Of a stretch of 64,000 nt of DNA, positions 1-12,150 are shown piece by piece. The notes under the pieces are model-generated. The model had not been told where the DNA came from and did no database searches. It was given only the letters and a program-made list of their open reading frames with translations. Every line of letters begins with the position of its first letter. Positions within the stretch are counted from its first letter, which is position 1. Source of the stretch: Mobula hypostoma (Eukaryota); assembly GCF_963921235.1 (NCBI RefSeq), contig NC_086097.1, forward strand, positions 24,554,001-24,618,000, written 5' to 3'. The position numbers and the translations under genes are program-made.

Positions 1-1846
1 GTTAACCCCTTCATTCCTGGCATCATCCTTGTGAACCTCCTCTAGACTCTCTCCAATGACAATGCATTTTTTCTGATATATGGGGCCCAAAACTGTTGAC
101 AATACTCCAAGTGCAGCCTGACTAGTGTCTTGTAAAGCCTGAGCATTAGCTCCTTGCTTTTATATTCTACTATATAAGAACATATGAAATAGGAACAGGA
201 GTAGGCCATCTGGCCTGTCGAGCCTGCTCTACCATTCAATAAGATCATGGCTGATCTGGCCATGGACTCATCTCCACCTACCTGCCTTTCCCCCATAACC
301 CTAATTCCCCTACCATGCAAAAATCTATCTAACCTTGTCTTAAATATATTTACTGAGATTGCCTTCACTGCTTTATTGGGCAGAGAATTCCACAGATTCA
401 CCACTCTCTGGGAAAAGCAGTTCCTCCTCATCTCTATCCTAAATTTACGCCCCCCCCCCCAAATTTTGAGACTATGTCCCCTAGCTCTAGCCTCACCTAC
501 CAGTGTAATAAATGCCAACATTGTATTTGCTGCCTTTACCACAGACTCAACCTGTAAATTAAACCTCTGATGTTTGAATCTTCTCCTCATTTAGATAACA
601 GCCCACACTATTGTTCCTTTTACCAAAATGAATGATCAGGATCAGAGAAACAGAATTAGAGTTTTCAATAGGAAGCTTAATATTTGCTTGAAAGAGAATA
701 ATATATGATAGAGCCTACCAGGAGGCAGGTAGATATGATGGGGTTCTTCAACAATTCTGACATGTCCAATCCCTCACTGGAACCATAAGACCATAAGATA
801 TAGGAGCTGAATGAGGGCATTTGGCCCATCGTGTCTGCTCTGCCATTTCATCATGGCTGATCCTATTATCCTCTCAGCTCCAAACTCCTGCCTTCTCCCC
901 GTATCTCTTCATGCCCTGATCAAGAGTCTATCAACCTTGACTTTAAATATACATAAATACCTGGCCTCCACAACTGCCCGTGGCAATGAATTCCACAGAT
1001 TTACCACACTCTGGCTAAAGAAATTCCTCCTCATCTCCATTCTAAAAGGACAGCCCTCTATTCTGAGGCTGTATCCTCTGATTTAGACTCTTCCACAATA
1101 GCAAACGTTCTCTCCGCCAAGGCCTTTCACCATTCGGTAGGTTTCAATGATGTCACACCAACACAGACCTCTGTGGAACACCACTAGTCACCAGCAGCCA
1201 GCAAGAAAAGGTTCTCTCTATTTCCACTGTTTGCCTCCTGAGCCACAGCTTTACCCATGTCAGAATCTTTCCTGTAATACCATGGGCTCATAGCTTGTTA
1301 AGCAGCCTCATGTGTAGCACCTTGTCAAAGGCCCTCTAAAAATCCAAATACAGAACATCAACCAATTATCCTCTGTCAATCCTGCTTGTTACTTCTTCAA
1401 AGAATTCCAACAGACTTGTCAAACAAGATTTTCCCTTGAAGAAAGCATGCTGACTACAGCCTATTTTATAATGGGCCTCCAAGTACCCTGAGGTTTCATC
1501 CTTCATAATTGATTCCAACATCTTCCCAACCACTGAGGTCAGACTAACTGGCCTATAACTTCCTTTCTTCTATCTCTCTCCCTTCTTGAAGAGTGCAGTG
1601 ATATTTGCAATTTTCCAGTCTTCCAGAACCATTCCAGAATCTAGTGATACTTGAAAGATCATTACTAATATCTCCACGATCTCTTCAGCTACTCTTTCAG
1701 AACTCTGGGGTGTACACCATCTGGTTCTGGTGACTTACCTATTTTCAGTCTCCCAAGAACCTTTTCTCTAGTTATGGAAACTTCACACACTTCATGCTCC
1801 CTGACACCTGGAACTTCCACCATACTGCTAGTGTCTTCCACAGTGA
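1..1846 (-). mobile_element. Cluster of CR1 LINE fragments (ORF2 RT/C-terminal pieces and two 3' ends)
   Basis: ORF 42-590 carries CR1 C-terminal motifs (RGHSLK, FSQRVVNLWNSLP, LYKTLVRLHLEYC.QFWAP). Microsatellite 3' tails at ~172 (ataagaac) and ~783 (ccataaga)n. Internally deleted and nested. Confidence 0.9.
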
Positions 1847-2099
1847 AGACTAGTATTCATTGGATTTATATTGGTATTGGATTATCGAGATTAATTTGCC
1901 ACCTGGGATTTCTCCAGGTGCTCTGGTTTCCCTCCACAGTCCAAAGACGTACTGGTTGGTAGGTTAATTGGGCTTTGTAAATTGTTGTGTGATTAGGCTG
2001 GGATTAAATTGGGGGATTGCTGGGCAGCGCAGTTCAAGTGCCTGGAAGGGCCTGTTCTGCACTGTATCTCAATAAAAAAAACTATAAAATAAAAGTAAA

Positions 2100-2880
2100 A
2101 TTTGATTATCATTCAAGCATACATGAATATAGCAAAACAAAGCAATATTCCTCCAGAGACACGGTGCAATAGCATTATAAATAGCACATAGAACAAATAG
2201 CACAAATGGATACAATTTCAGAAAAGCATACAGTCACGAAGAAAATAATAGTATATCCCAATTCCCCGAGTGGCATGACTGTAGTCCTGGTCCAGCTTGT
2301 TCTTCCACTAAGTGAACACTAGAGGGCAGCACTGAGTGAATGCCAGAAGGATGCACCGACTGAACACTGGAGGGCAGCACTGAGAGGACACTGGATGGCA
2401 ACAGATTGGAGGGGCCAGGCACCAAGCCAGTCCAGATTCCAGTGTACCCTGCAGAGGCTCTCCCAGACGGCCTCGGTGTCTCTCCACCTGGATGGCAGCA
2501 ACAGGCAAGCCTGCAGCTTTGGCATAGTCCTCGCCATAACGGAGGCAACGCAGCTCCACCTCCATTGGTCTTGCCAATGCACCAGTGAACCAGACCAGCA
2601 GTATTCTAGATTATCAATGTCAAACAGGGTCTTGTGATCCCAATGAAAATGCCCATGACACCACGACACAACAGTACACACAAATCCAGGTGACGATGCA
2701 CCGATGGTACTCAAGAAGTCCAGCTCATCTCCATTGAGCAACTCACCGATGAGATACTTGATACTCGTAGTATCCAGCAGTGACTTGCAATCGTAAAAAA
2801 GACACGCAGGATGAGCGAGTACGCCTTTGACTGGACCCAGATTGACCACTGCGTCTGAGCACGCCACCATCTTACCAGAG
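2100..2880 (-). mobile_element. Probable non-autonomous LINE-derived element with an internal degenerate 24-bp tandem repeat
   Basis: Minus strand starts AAGATGGTGGCG (~2873) and ends in a LINE-like 3' tail near 2100. Repeats of gtgaacactRgagggcagcactga at 2311-2400. Confidence 0.45.
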
Positions 2881-3446
2881 TTGTCACATGCACCAAGATA
2901 CAGAGAAAGGCTTGTGGTGCACACTGTTTATAGAGGTCAATGCATTACACAGTGCATCGAGCTAGAATAAAGTAAAACGATAACAATGCAGAACAGAGTG
3001 CAACAGCTACAGAGGAAGTGCACTGTTGAATAGAGTAAAGTACGCACTGTCCCGTCCCACCCCATATTTCCACAGCAGGGGCCACAGTGTTGGGTAGGAA
3101 TTGGAATCGGAATTGCTCTATTGTTGTCCATTATACCGAGGTGAGTGAAGAGCTTCCCTTGCTTACTGGGCATACAGGTCAATGCAATACGCAATGCATT
3201 GAGGTAGTGCAAGGTAAAACACTACAGAATCCAGAACAAAGTGTAAAAGCAACCAAACAAAGTGTTGTGCAGGTAACTGATGAAGTGCAAGATCATAACA
3301 AGGTAGACTGCGAGGCCAAGAGACCATCTTATTGTATAACAGGTCTGTTCAGCAGTCTAATAGCAGGGGGATAGAAGCTGTCTTTCAGCCTGGCCCACAC
3401 AGTTGGAATATGTTGTGAATGCACAACGTTATGAGGTGAGAACATA

Positions 3447-5049
3447 CACTGCCTATAAAAAGTATTCACCCCCACCCTTGGATTTATTGTGTTACAACAT
3501 TGATTTAAAACACTGGATTTAATTTGGCTTTTTTGACACAGATGAACAGAACAAAACTCTTTCGTGCCAAAGTAAAAAGAGATCTCTGCAAAGTTATCTA
3601 AATTAATTACAAATATAAAACACAAAACCATTGATTGCAGAAGTATTCACCCCCTTCAAATCAGTATTTAGTAGATGCACCTTCGGTAGCAACTACAGCC
3701 TTGAGTCTGTGTGGATAGCGCTCTATCAGCTTTGCACATCTGGACACGGCAATTTTCCTCCCATTCTTCTCTACAAAACTGCTCAAGCTCTGTCAGATTG
3801 TATAGGGATCATGAGTGAACAGCCCTTTTCAAGTCCATCTACAATTTCTCAATTGGATTGAGGTCTAGACTCTGACTTGGCCACTCCAGGACATTAACTT
3901 TGTTGTTTTAAGGCATTGCTGTGTAGCTCTGGCTTTATGCTTGAGGTCATCGTCTTGCTGGAAAACAAATTTTCTCCCAAGTCTCAGTTCTCTTGCAGAC
4001 TGCATCAGGTTTTCCTCCAGGATCTCCCCATATTTTGCTGCATTCCTTTTACCTTCGACCTTCGCAAGCCTTCTAGGACCTGCTGCAGTGAAGCATCCCC
4101 ACAGCATGATGCAGCCACCACCATGATTCATGGTACGGATGGTGTGGTTTTGATAATGTGTGGTGTTCAGCTTATGCCAAACATAACATTTAGTTTGATG
4201 GCCAAAAAGCTCAATTTTGGTTTCATCAGACCATAGAACCTTCTTCCAGCTGACTTCAGAAGCTCCCACATGCCTTCTGGCAAACTCTAGCTGTGATTTC
4301 GTGTGAGTTTTTTTCAACAGTGGCTTTCTTTTTGCCGTTCTCCCATAAAGCTGCGGCTGGTGAGGCATCTAGACAACAGTTGTGTGCGCAGTCTCTCCCA
4401 TCTCAGCCACGGAAGCTTGTAACTCCTCCAGAGTTGTCATAGGTCTCTTGGTGGCCTCCCTCAATAGTCCCCTTCGAGCACGGTCACTTAGTTTTTGAGG
4501 ACGACCTGCTCTAGGCAGATTTACAGCTGAGCCATATTCTTTCCATTTCCTGATGATTGACTTAACTGTGCTCCAAGGGATATTCAGTGACCTGGAAATG
4601 TTCTTGTATCCGTCTCCTGACTTGTGCTTTTCAATAACATTTTTACAGAGTTGCTTGGAGTCTTCTTTTGTCTCCATGATGTTGTTTTTGCTAGGATACT
4701 GACTCACCAGCAGTTGAGCCTTCCAGATACAGGTGTATTTTTACTACAATCATTTGAAACACCTTGACTGCACACAGTGATCTCCATTTAACTAATTATG
4801 TGACTTCTAAAAAGCAATTGGCTACACCAGTGATTATTTGGTGTATCATATTAAGGAGGGGGGGTGAATACTTATGCAATCAATTACTTATGTTTTAAAA
4901 TTGTAATTAATTTAGATCACTTTCTAGAGATCTGTTTACACTTTCACATAAAAAGTTTTTTTCTGTTGATCAGTGTCAAAAAAGCCAAATTAAATCCACT
5001 GTAATTCAATACTGTAAAAAATAAAACTACGGTACCTTTATAGGCACTG
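3447..5049 (-). mobile_element. Tc1/mariner DNA transposon, Passport-like IR/DR type, full length but decayed
   Basis: TA target duplication at 3445-3446 and 5050-5051. Termini cactgcctataaaa / tttataggcactg. ~200-bp imperfect TIRs containing the internal direct repeat aagtattcacccc. Transposase remnants inside. Confidence 0.95.
3661..4677 (-). pseudogene. Tc1-family DDE transposase pseudogene
   Basis: ATG at 4677 (METKEDSKQL..KSIIRKWKEYG..GRP), then WKKVLWSDETKIELFG, HGGG.IMLWGCF, FQQD.D.KH and C-terminal GASTKY-stop at 3661. Split by a stop and frameshifts (ORFs 4369-4707 and 3865-4368). Confidence 0.93.
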
Positions 5050-5167
5050 TACGCACTGAGCCACAGCTGACACAAGACTTGTCCACTCACTCTGAGCTCA
5101 CTCAAAGCCAATCTGCCAATCCCAATTGTGGAAATATGCCATCTGACCCAATTCAGTGTTCGTATTT

Positions 5168-7174
5168 ATAGAAACATAGAAAATAGGTGCAGGAGTAGGC
5201 CATTCGGCCCTTCGAGCCTGCACTGCCATTTATTATGATCATGGCTGATCATCCAACTCAGAACACTGCCCCAGCCTTCCCTCCATACCCCCTGATCCCC
5301 GTAGCCACAAGGGCCATATCTAACTCCCTCTTAAATATAGCCAATGAACTGGCCTCAACTGTTTCCTGTGGCAGAGAATTCCACAGATTCACCACTCTCT
5401 GTGTGAAGAGGTTTTTCCTAATCTCAGTCCTAAAAGGCTTCCCCTTTATCCTCAAACTGTGACCCCTTGATCTGGACTTCCCCAACATCGGGAACAATCT
5501 TCCTGCATCTAGCCTGCCCAATCCCTTTAGGATTTTATACGTTTCAATCAGATCCCCCCTCAATCTTCTAAATTCCAATGAGTACAAGCCCAGTTCATCC
5601 AGTCTTTCTTCATATGAAAGTCCTGCCATCCCAGGAATCAATCTGGTGAACCTTCTTTGTACTCCCTCTATGGCAAGGATGTCTTTCCTCAGATTAGGGG
5701 ACCAAAACTGCACACAATACTCCAGGTATGGTCTCACCAAGGCCTTGTACAACTGCAGTAGTACCTCCCTGCTCCTGTACTTGAATCCTCTCGCTATAAA
5801 TGCCAGCATATCATTCGCCTTTTTCACCGCCTGCTGTACCTGCATGCCCACTTTCAATGACTGGTGTATAATGACACCCAGGTCTCGTTGCACCTCCCCT
5901 TTTCCTAATCGGCCACCATTCAGATAACAATCTGTTTTCCTATTTTTGCCACCAAAGTGGATAACTTCACATTTATCCACATTAAATTGCATCTGCCATG
6001 AATTTGCCCACTCACCCAACCTATCCAAGTCACCCTGCATCCTCTTAGCATCCTCCTCACAGCTAACACTGCCACCCAGCTTCGTGTCATCCGCAAACTT
6101 GGAGATGCTGCATTTAATTCCCTCATCCAAGTCATTAATATATATTGTAAACAACTGGGGTCCCAGCACTGAGCCTTGCGGTACCCCACTAGTCACCGCC
6201 TGCCATTCTGAAAAGGTCCCGTTTATTCCCACTCTTTGCTTCCTATCTGCTAACCAATTCTCCATCCACATCAATACCTTACCCCCAATACCGTGTGCTT
6301 TAAGTTTGCACACTAGTCTCCTGTGTGGGACCTTGTCAAAAGCCTTTTGAAAATCCAAATATACCACATCCACTGGTTCTCCCCTATCCACTCTACTAGT
6401 TACATCCTCAAAAAATTCTATGAGATTCGTCAGACATGATTTTCCTTTCACAAATTCATGCTGACTTTGTCCAATGATTTCACCGCTTTCCAAATGTGCT
6501 GTTATCACATCTTTGATAACTGACTCCAGCAGTTTCCCCACCACCGACGATAGGCTAAACGGTCTATAATTTCCCGGTTTCTCTCTCCCTCCTTTTTTAA
6601 AAAGTGGGGATACATTAGCCACCGTCCAATCCTCAGGAACTAGTCCAGAATCTAACGAGTTTTGAAAAATTATCACTAATGCATCCACTATTTCTTGGGC
6701 TACTTCCTTAAGCACTCTAGGATGCAGACCATCTGGCCCTGGGGATTTATCTGCCTTCAATCCCTTCAATTTACCTAACACCACTTCCCTACTAACATGT
6801 ATTTCGCTCAGTTCCTCCATCTCACTGGACCCTCTGTCCCCTACTATTTCTGGAAGATTATTTATGTCCTCCTTAGTGAAGACAGAACCAAAGTAATTAT
6901 TCAATTGGTCTGCCATGTCCTTGCTCCCCATAATCAATTCACCTGTTTCTGTCTGTAGGGGACCTACATTTGTCTTTACCAGTCTTTTCCTTTTTACATA
7001 TTTATAAAAGCTTTTACAGTCAGTTTTTATGTTCCCTGCCAGTTTTCTCTCATAATCTTTTTTCCCCTTCCTAATTAAGCCCTTTGTCCTCCTCTGCTGA
7101 ACTCTGAATTTCTCCCAGTCCTCAGGTGAGCCACTTTCTCTGGCTAATTTGTATGCTTCTTCTTTGGAATTGAT
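5168..7174 (-). mobile_element. Young 5'-truncated CR1 LINE with an uninterrupted ORF2 RT region
   Basis: 559-aa ORF 5258-6937 (frame stays open up to ~7174) with KSPGPDG, YLDFQKAFDKVPH, GVPQGSVLGP, KFADDTKL and CR1 C-terminal motifs. (atagaaac)n 3' tail at ~5168. Endonuclease domain absent. Confidence 0.97.
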
Positions 7175-7489
7175 CAGATTCAGGCTTATTTATCACACCT
7201 CCATGTAAACATGCAATGAGATGTGTTGTTGGCTTTAAACACCAACACAACTTAATGCTGTGCTGGGGACAGAAGCAAGTGTCACCACACATTCCAGTGC
7301 CAGTATGGCATGGGCCACAATGCCCTGCAGAATCACACAGAGCACAACAAATCAGAACACAAGCAACAAAACAATCACAGCAAAAGAAGCCTCTTTCCTC
7401 CCTTCCTTCCATTTGCCCACTCACACACACACACACAGAGTCCTCCAACTCCAGGAAGACTGCCAGTCTCCAATCTCCAGGCTTTAGCC

Positions 7490-8312
7490 AAAGGGTTCAA
7501 AGGTCCAATTTAATGTTAGAGAAATGTATACATTACACATCCTGAAATGCTTTTTCTTCGCAAACAACCACGAAAATAGAGAAGTGCCCCAAAGAATGTA
7601 CGACAGTTAAACGTAAGAACCCCAAAGTCCCCCCCAGCTTCCCTCCCTCCTACGCATATGCAGCACCAAGCAACAATCCCCCCTCCCCCCCCAGCAAAAA
7701 AAAAGCAAGTATCGGCAGCCGCCACCGAGCACTCAAGGGTGAGCAAAGCAACAGCAAAGACACAGACTTGCAGTTACTTCAGAGACTTTGCGTTTCACCC
7801 GGCATTCGACATACCACAGGCTCTCTCTCTCCCTAATAACACAGAAGGAGGTGTCTCCATTTTCCCAGTGAGCAGGGAGACATAGTAAACAACTCGCTGG
7901 TTTATGATGTTGAAAGTCCAGTACGTCACTTTTTTCGAGCCCTGTGCCTGAAGATCGCAAAGATCCCGGGTCTTCGGGCCCACAGCAGTAGATTTTCTGA
8001 CTCCCCCGACGACACACGGGTCTCCTGCCATGACACCGACCCTCGATCTACCCGTCTCCGGAGCTCCAAGATCTTAGGCTTCCAAATCTGAGCTGGACAC
8101 TCAGGCCGAACCCTTGGCGTGCTGATAAACACCAGCCCTGAAACCCTGAGAATGGGTCCCGTTCCCACAAAGAACCAAAATCACTGTGTAACTCCAGGTC
8201 AGGGTCTTCAAAAGAACCCTGAAAGGGAAAAATAAAGATACTAAAGGTGGAAATCGGGATGTTTTTGAAGATGCAAGCAAAGGGGTTGCCATTTAGCACC
8301 ATCTTAACTTGG
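7490..8312 (-). mobile_element. Probable non-autonomous LINE-derived element
   Basis: Minus strand begins AAGATGGTGCT (~8306), has a CpG-rich body and no long ORF, and ends in a short (ttgaacct)-type tail near 7490. Confidence 0.45.
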
Positions 8313-8574
8313 CTCTGCCTCCCCGAAGGGGTTACCTTACCAGGCTATTCTTTTCTGTGATGGTTATGGAATGTGTTCAGTCTCTAATATAGATATTTCA
8401 GCAGCAATTCTGTCTTCCAGAGCTGAGGAGGTGCTATTGTGGGTTGGGCGGGGGGGGGGGGAATACTGTTTATCAGTCACAACTCTGTACTGAGGCCCTA
8501 CGGGTCTCCCGGGTACATCGGGGGAGTTGTCACTAGTGTGTCAAACAATATTTACAGTATATCGCAAGGGAAAA

Positions 8575-9230
8575 CCTGAATGTTAGGGCACTGAGGAGTG
8601 CAGTAGAACAGAGGGATCTGGGAATCAGATCCATAATTCCTTGAAAGTTAGTGTCACTGGTAGTTTCATAAAGAGAGCTTTTGGAACATTGGCCTCGTAA
8701 GTCAAAGAACAGAGTGCAGGATTTGGGATGTTATGTTGAAAATGTTTAAGACATTGGTGGGGGCTTATTAGGAATATTATGTACAGCTCTGGTCACCTAT
8801 CTACAGGAAAGATGTAAGTAAGATTGAAAGAGTGCAGTTAAAATTAACAAGGATGTTGTTGGGACTTGAGAATGAAGGGAGATTAGGGAGAGGTATACAG
8901 GATTATGAGGTGTATAGATAGGGTAAATGCAAACAGGCTTTTTCCACAGAGAGTGGGTGTGTCTGGGATGGAGGTTATGGGTTAAGTGTGAAAGGTGAAT
9001 TATTTAAGGGGAACCTGAGGAGGAACTTTTTCACTCAGAGGGTGGTGAGAGCTGCCAACGGAAGTGGTGGATGTGGATTTGATTGCAACATTAAAGAGAA
9101 CTTTAGACAGGTACATGGATGGGAGGGGTATGGGGGGCTACGGACTGGGTGCAGGTCGATGGGACGAGGCAGAATAATAGTTTAGCATGGACTAGATAGA
9201 CTAGGAGGCCCATTTCTGTGCCGTAATGCA
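8575..9230 (+). mobile_element. Decayed CR1 LINE 3' fragment
   Basis: gaacagagggatctggg..., NFFTQRVV motif (ORF 8988-9185) and a CR1-type 3' UTR. Confidence 0.85.
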
Positions 9231-11929
9231 GAATGGCTGTATTAAAAACCTAATTTTCTGGTCTTCCTTAGAGTGCTTTTTGTGAAACGTCTCTGTGAAG
9301 AAAGAGGTTACTCTGTTTCCCCACTTCAAATGACCTACAAAGCATCTTGAGATGTTTCACAGGCAGTGTAGCACTTTGCAGAGTCCTGTGGCTGTAATAA
9401 TGCTTATTCACTCCTCCCTTTTTAAAACCAGCCTTTCTGAGAACTCCCTTTGAAAAGCCGAAAGGAAATGGCCGAGGATAATTCCTGCTCTAACAAATGA
9501 AGATGTAATGATGGCGATGAGCACACTCAGCCTCTCTCAGCAGGATCAGGCGGCTAACAATCATGGCTCCACAGCAACTGCAGCTGTGACCGGGAGCTTC
9601 CCACAGGGAGACTGGAAGCTGCCGATGGCATCCAGAGCCCACAATGCTCATCAGTGTCAGACACTGCCGACTTTGTACAGAACCAGAGGGGAAACGCTTT
9701 CAAAGGGACCTTTCCTTCTGAAACAGACACCACAGGCTACAATCGTTTGTGGAACCTGTTTCTGTTCATGATATATTTGGAAACGTTGGGAGTATCAAAG
9801 GGAGAGGGAGGATCCTTCGTTGCACGATGGCCCCCATTTCCGGTTGGGTGCTGAATGCAATCCCCATCAAGTTAAAGTTGATTCTTGTGGACATATTCAA
9901 GGTACAACTGCCATGAAGATTAGCCACAGCAGAACAGTAAAGTGTATAAACTTCAATTAATATAAGTTAGACATAACTAACACAACAAAGAAAGAAATAC
10001 AGTGACGCAGAGGACACCCGGTCAGACCAGGGTATGAAGGGTGAGGTGCCAATGCAGGTGGATTGAGTGATCTCACTTGAACAAGGAATATATAACCAAA
10101 GCATAGTCGCGCAGTGGTTCACGTAATGCTATATATTGCCAGTGGTCGGGGTTCAAATCCCACTACTGTCTGTACGGAGGTTGTACAATCTCCCTGTGAC
10201 CACGTGGGTTTCCTCCAGGTGCTCCTCCTCCTGCCCACATTCCAAAGGTGTGTGGGTCAGGGCGGGAGAGTTGTGGGCATGCTGTGTTGGTGCCAGAAGC
10301 ATGGCGACACTAGCGGGCTGCCCCCAGCACGTCCTCAGACTGCAAATGACGCGTTTCGCTGGATGTTTTGATGTACGTGTGACATATAGAGCTAAATGTT
10401 CTTATCTTTAAAATCTGCTGGAGAAAAATCAGAACCAGGACTAATACCACTGACGTAAATTGTGAAATCTGTTGTTTAATGGCAGCAGTATAGCACAGTG
10501 CATAAAAACAAGCTGTAAGCTGTAATAAGAAACACAAATATAATTAAATGAGTTGTGCAGATAGAGAACAATATAGTGAGGTAATGCACAGGTAGTGAAC
10601 ATTGTCTGTTCAGAAATCTGATGGCGGAAAGGAAGAACTGTTGGCTTTCATCAACTGATCTATGCAATTAGGCAATTCACTTCACAGCTCTTAATTAACC
10701 AAAGCGTGCACTCTGTTGTTCGTGCACAAATATCTGTGTAACTATGCTGACCCTGGGCCAACAACTTAAAACATGAATTCTACTGTTCGCTCTGTACCAA
10801 TACTTGCTCAGAGCACTTCTCCAGTTTATAGCACTGAAATAGGGGATCTCCCACTGGTCAGGTAATTGATCTTCTTCTCCCAGCCCCCATATGCGGCTCT
10901 TCGTTGCGATAGTTGGTCTCCAGAGCTTGCGATACTCTGCATTCAAAGCCCGTTGTTCTTATCAGTTCAAAGGTTGTGTTTCGATCTGATTGGATCTGGC
11001 CTATCTGGTGAACATATGTCAGCTTCCCGTTGGCTCTGGTCCAAGCCAGCAATATTTTATCGTCCGTCTCGCAGGTAACAACTTGTAATAAATGTCTCCT
11101 CGCTCTGAATCAGAGCAGTCCAGCCAGTTACAAGGCTCAGGTTACTCAGGTCAGACACAGACCCCACTCTCCATAAACCTGCATGTTCGATCTTTCCAAA
11201 GGTTCAAAGGTTCATTTTGTTGTCTAACTATGCATGTACAATACAACTCTGATATTCACCTTCTCCAGATAGCCATGAAATGCAGAAGTACCATGGAAGT
11301 TGTTGAAAGAAAAGAACTCTTCACAAATAACTTACTTTGAAATTAGTTCAACAGAATTTCAGGAGCATCATGTCCACTTTAAAGCACTTTGATACAAGAC
11401 AGCTCATAAAATAAAGGTTACAGGGCAGCTTCACAAAAAGGTAGGCTCCATTCCTTAAACTGCATGACAACAACAAAGACAATTGATTTGTCTATTACCA
11501 TTGTTCTTGATCCATTCAACCTCAATGTTTTCAGTTTCTTCATGGCCACCAGAAGTTGTCTGTAACACATTGACTGTGCCTTGCTTTACACTCCTGTGCC
11601 ACCTCCTTAATGGCAGCAATGAGAAGAGGGCATGTCCCAGGTGATGGAGTCCTTAACGATGGATGCCAGCTTCTTGAGACATCACCTTTTGAAGATGTAC
11701 TCGATGCTGGGGAGGCGAGTGCCCATTGCAGCTTTTTCTGGTCCTGTGGACTGATACAACCAGTCAGAATGCTCTCCACAGCACATCTGTAGAAATTTGC
11801 TCAACAAGCTTGATATGTCACTCCTGTTATACCCACGCATTGTTGATACCTGTAGGTGCTTGAACATTGGGATAACAAGGTCAGGGTCAGCCCAGAGGAA
11901 CAGATTGTTGGGTCTGGAGATAGAATGGA

Positions 11930-12150
11930 GTGCCAGAGTAGCGTAATGGTTAGCATGAAGCTATTACAACTTGGGGTGTCGGAGTTAGGAATTCAATTCC
12001 GACCGCCATCTGTAAGAAGTTTGTACATTCTTCCCGTGAGTGTGTGGGTTTCCTCCAGGTGCTCTGGTTTCCTCCCACCATTAAAAGACATACCAATTAG
12101 TAGGTTCATTGGTCATTGTAAATTTTCCTGTGATTAAGCTAAAGTTAAAT
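11930..12150 (+). mobile_element. tRNA-derived V-SINE/HE1-like SINE (representative copy)
   Basis: B-box-like ttcaattcc followed by the conserved core gtgggtttcctccaggtgctctggtttcctccca. Related copies at ~1900-2075, 10110-10410, 32845-33100, 38180-38475 (-), 44020-44340, 46100-46360 and 53400-53620. Confidence 0.75.

Noticed and set aside
2406..2588. GGNA motif suggesting the neurexin exon upstream of SS4 (RSGGNATLQVD)
   Set aside because: The flanking residues do not match and it lies in a repeat. I found neither the upstream LNS6 exon nor the downstream cysteine-loop exon, so both probably lie outside the window.
2319..2924. 201-aa ORF on the - strand
   Set aside because: No recognisable domain, non-ATG start, and it spans the junction of repeat fragments.
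5258..6937. 559-aa reverse transcriptase as a possible retron, DGR or domesticated gene
   Set aside because: Ordinary CR1 ORF2 with its own 3' UTR and microsatellite tail, 5'-truncated, with sibling copies nearby.
11930..12010. tRNA-like A/B boxes
   Set aside because: These are SINE heads followed by the V-SINE core; no complete cloverleaf seen, so no tRNA gene called.
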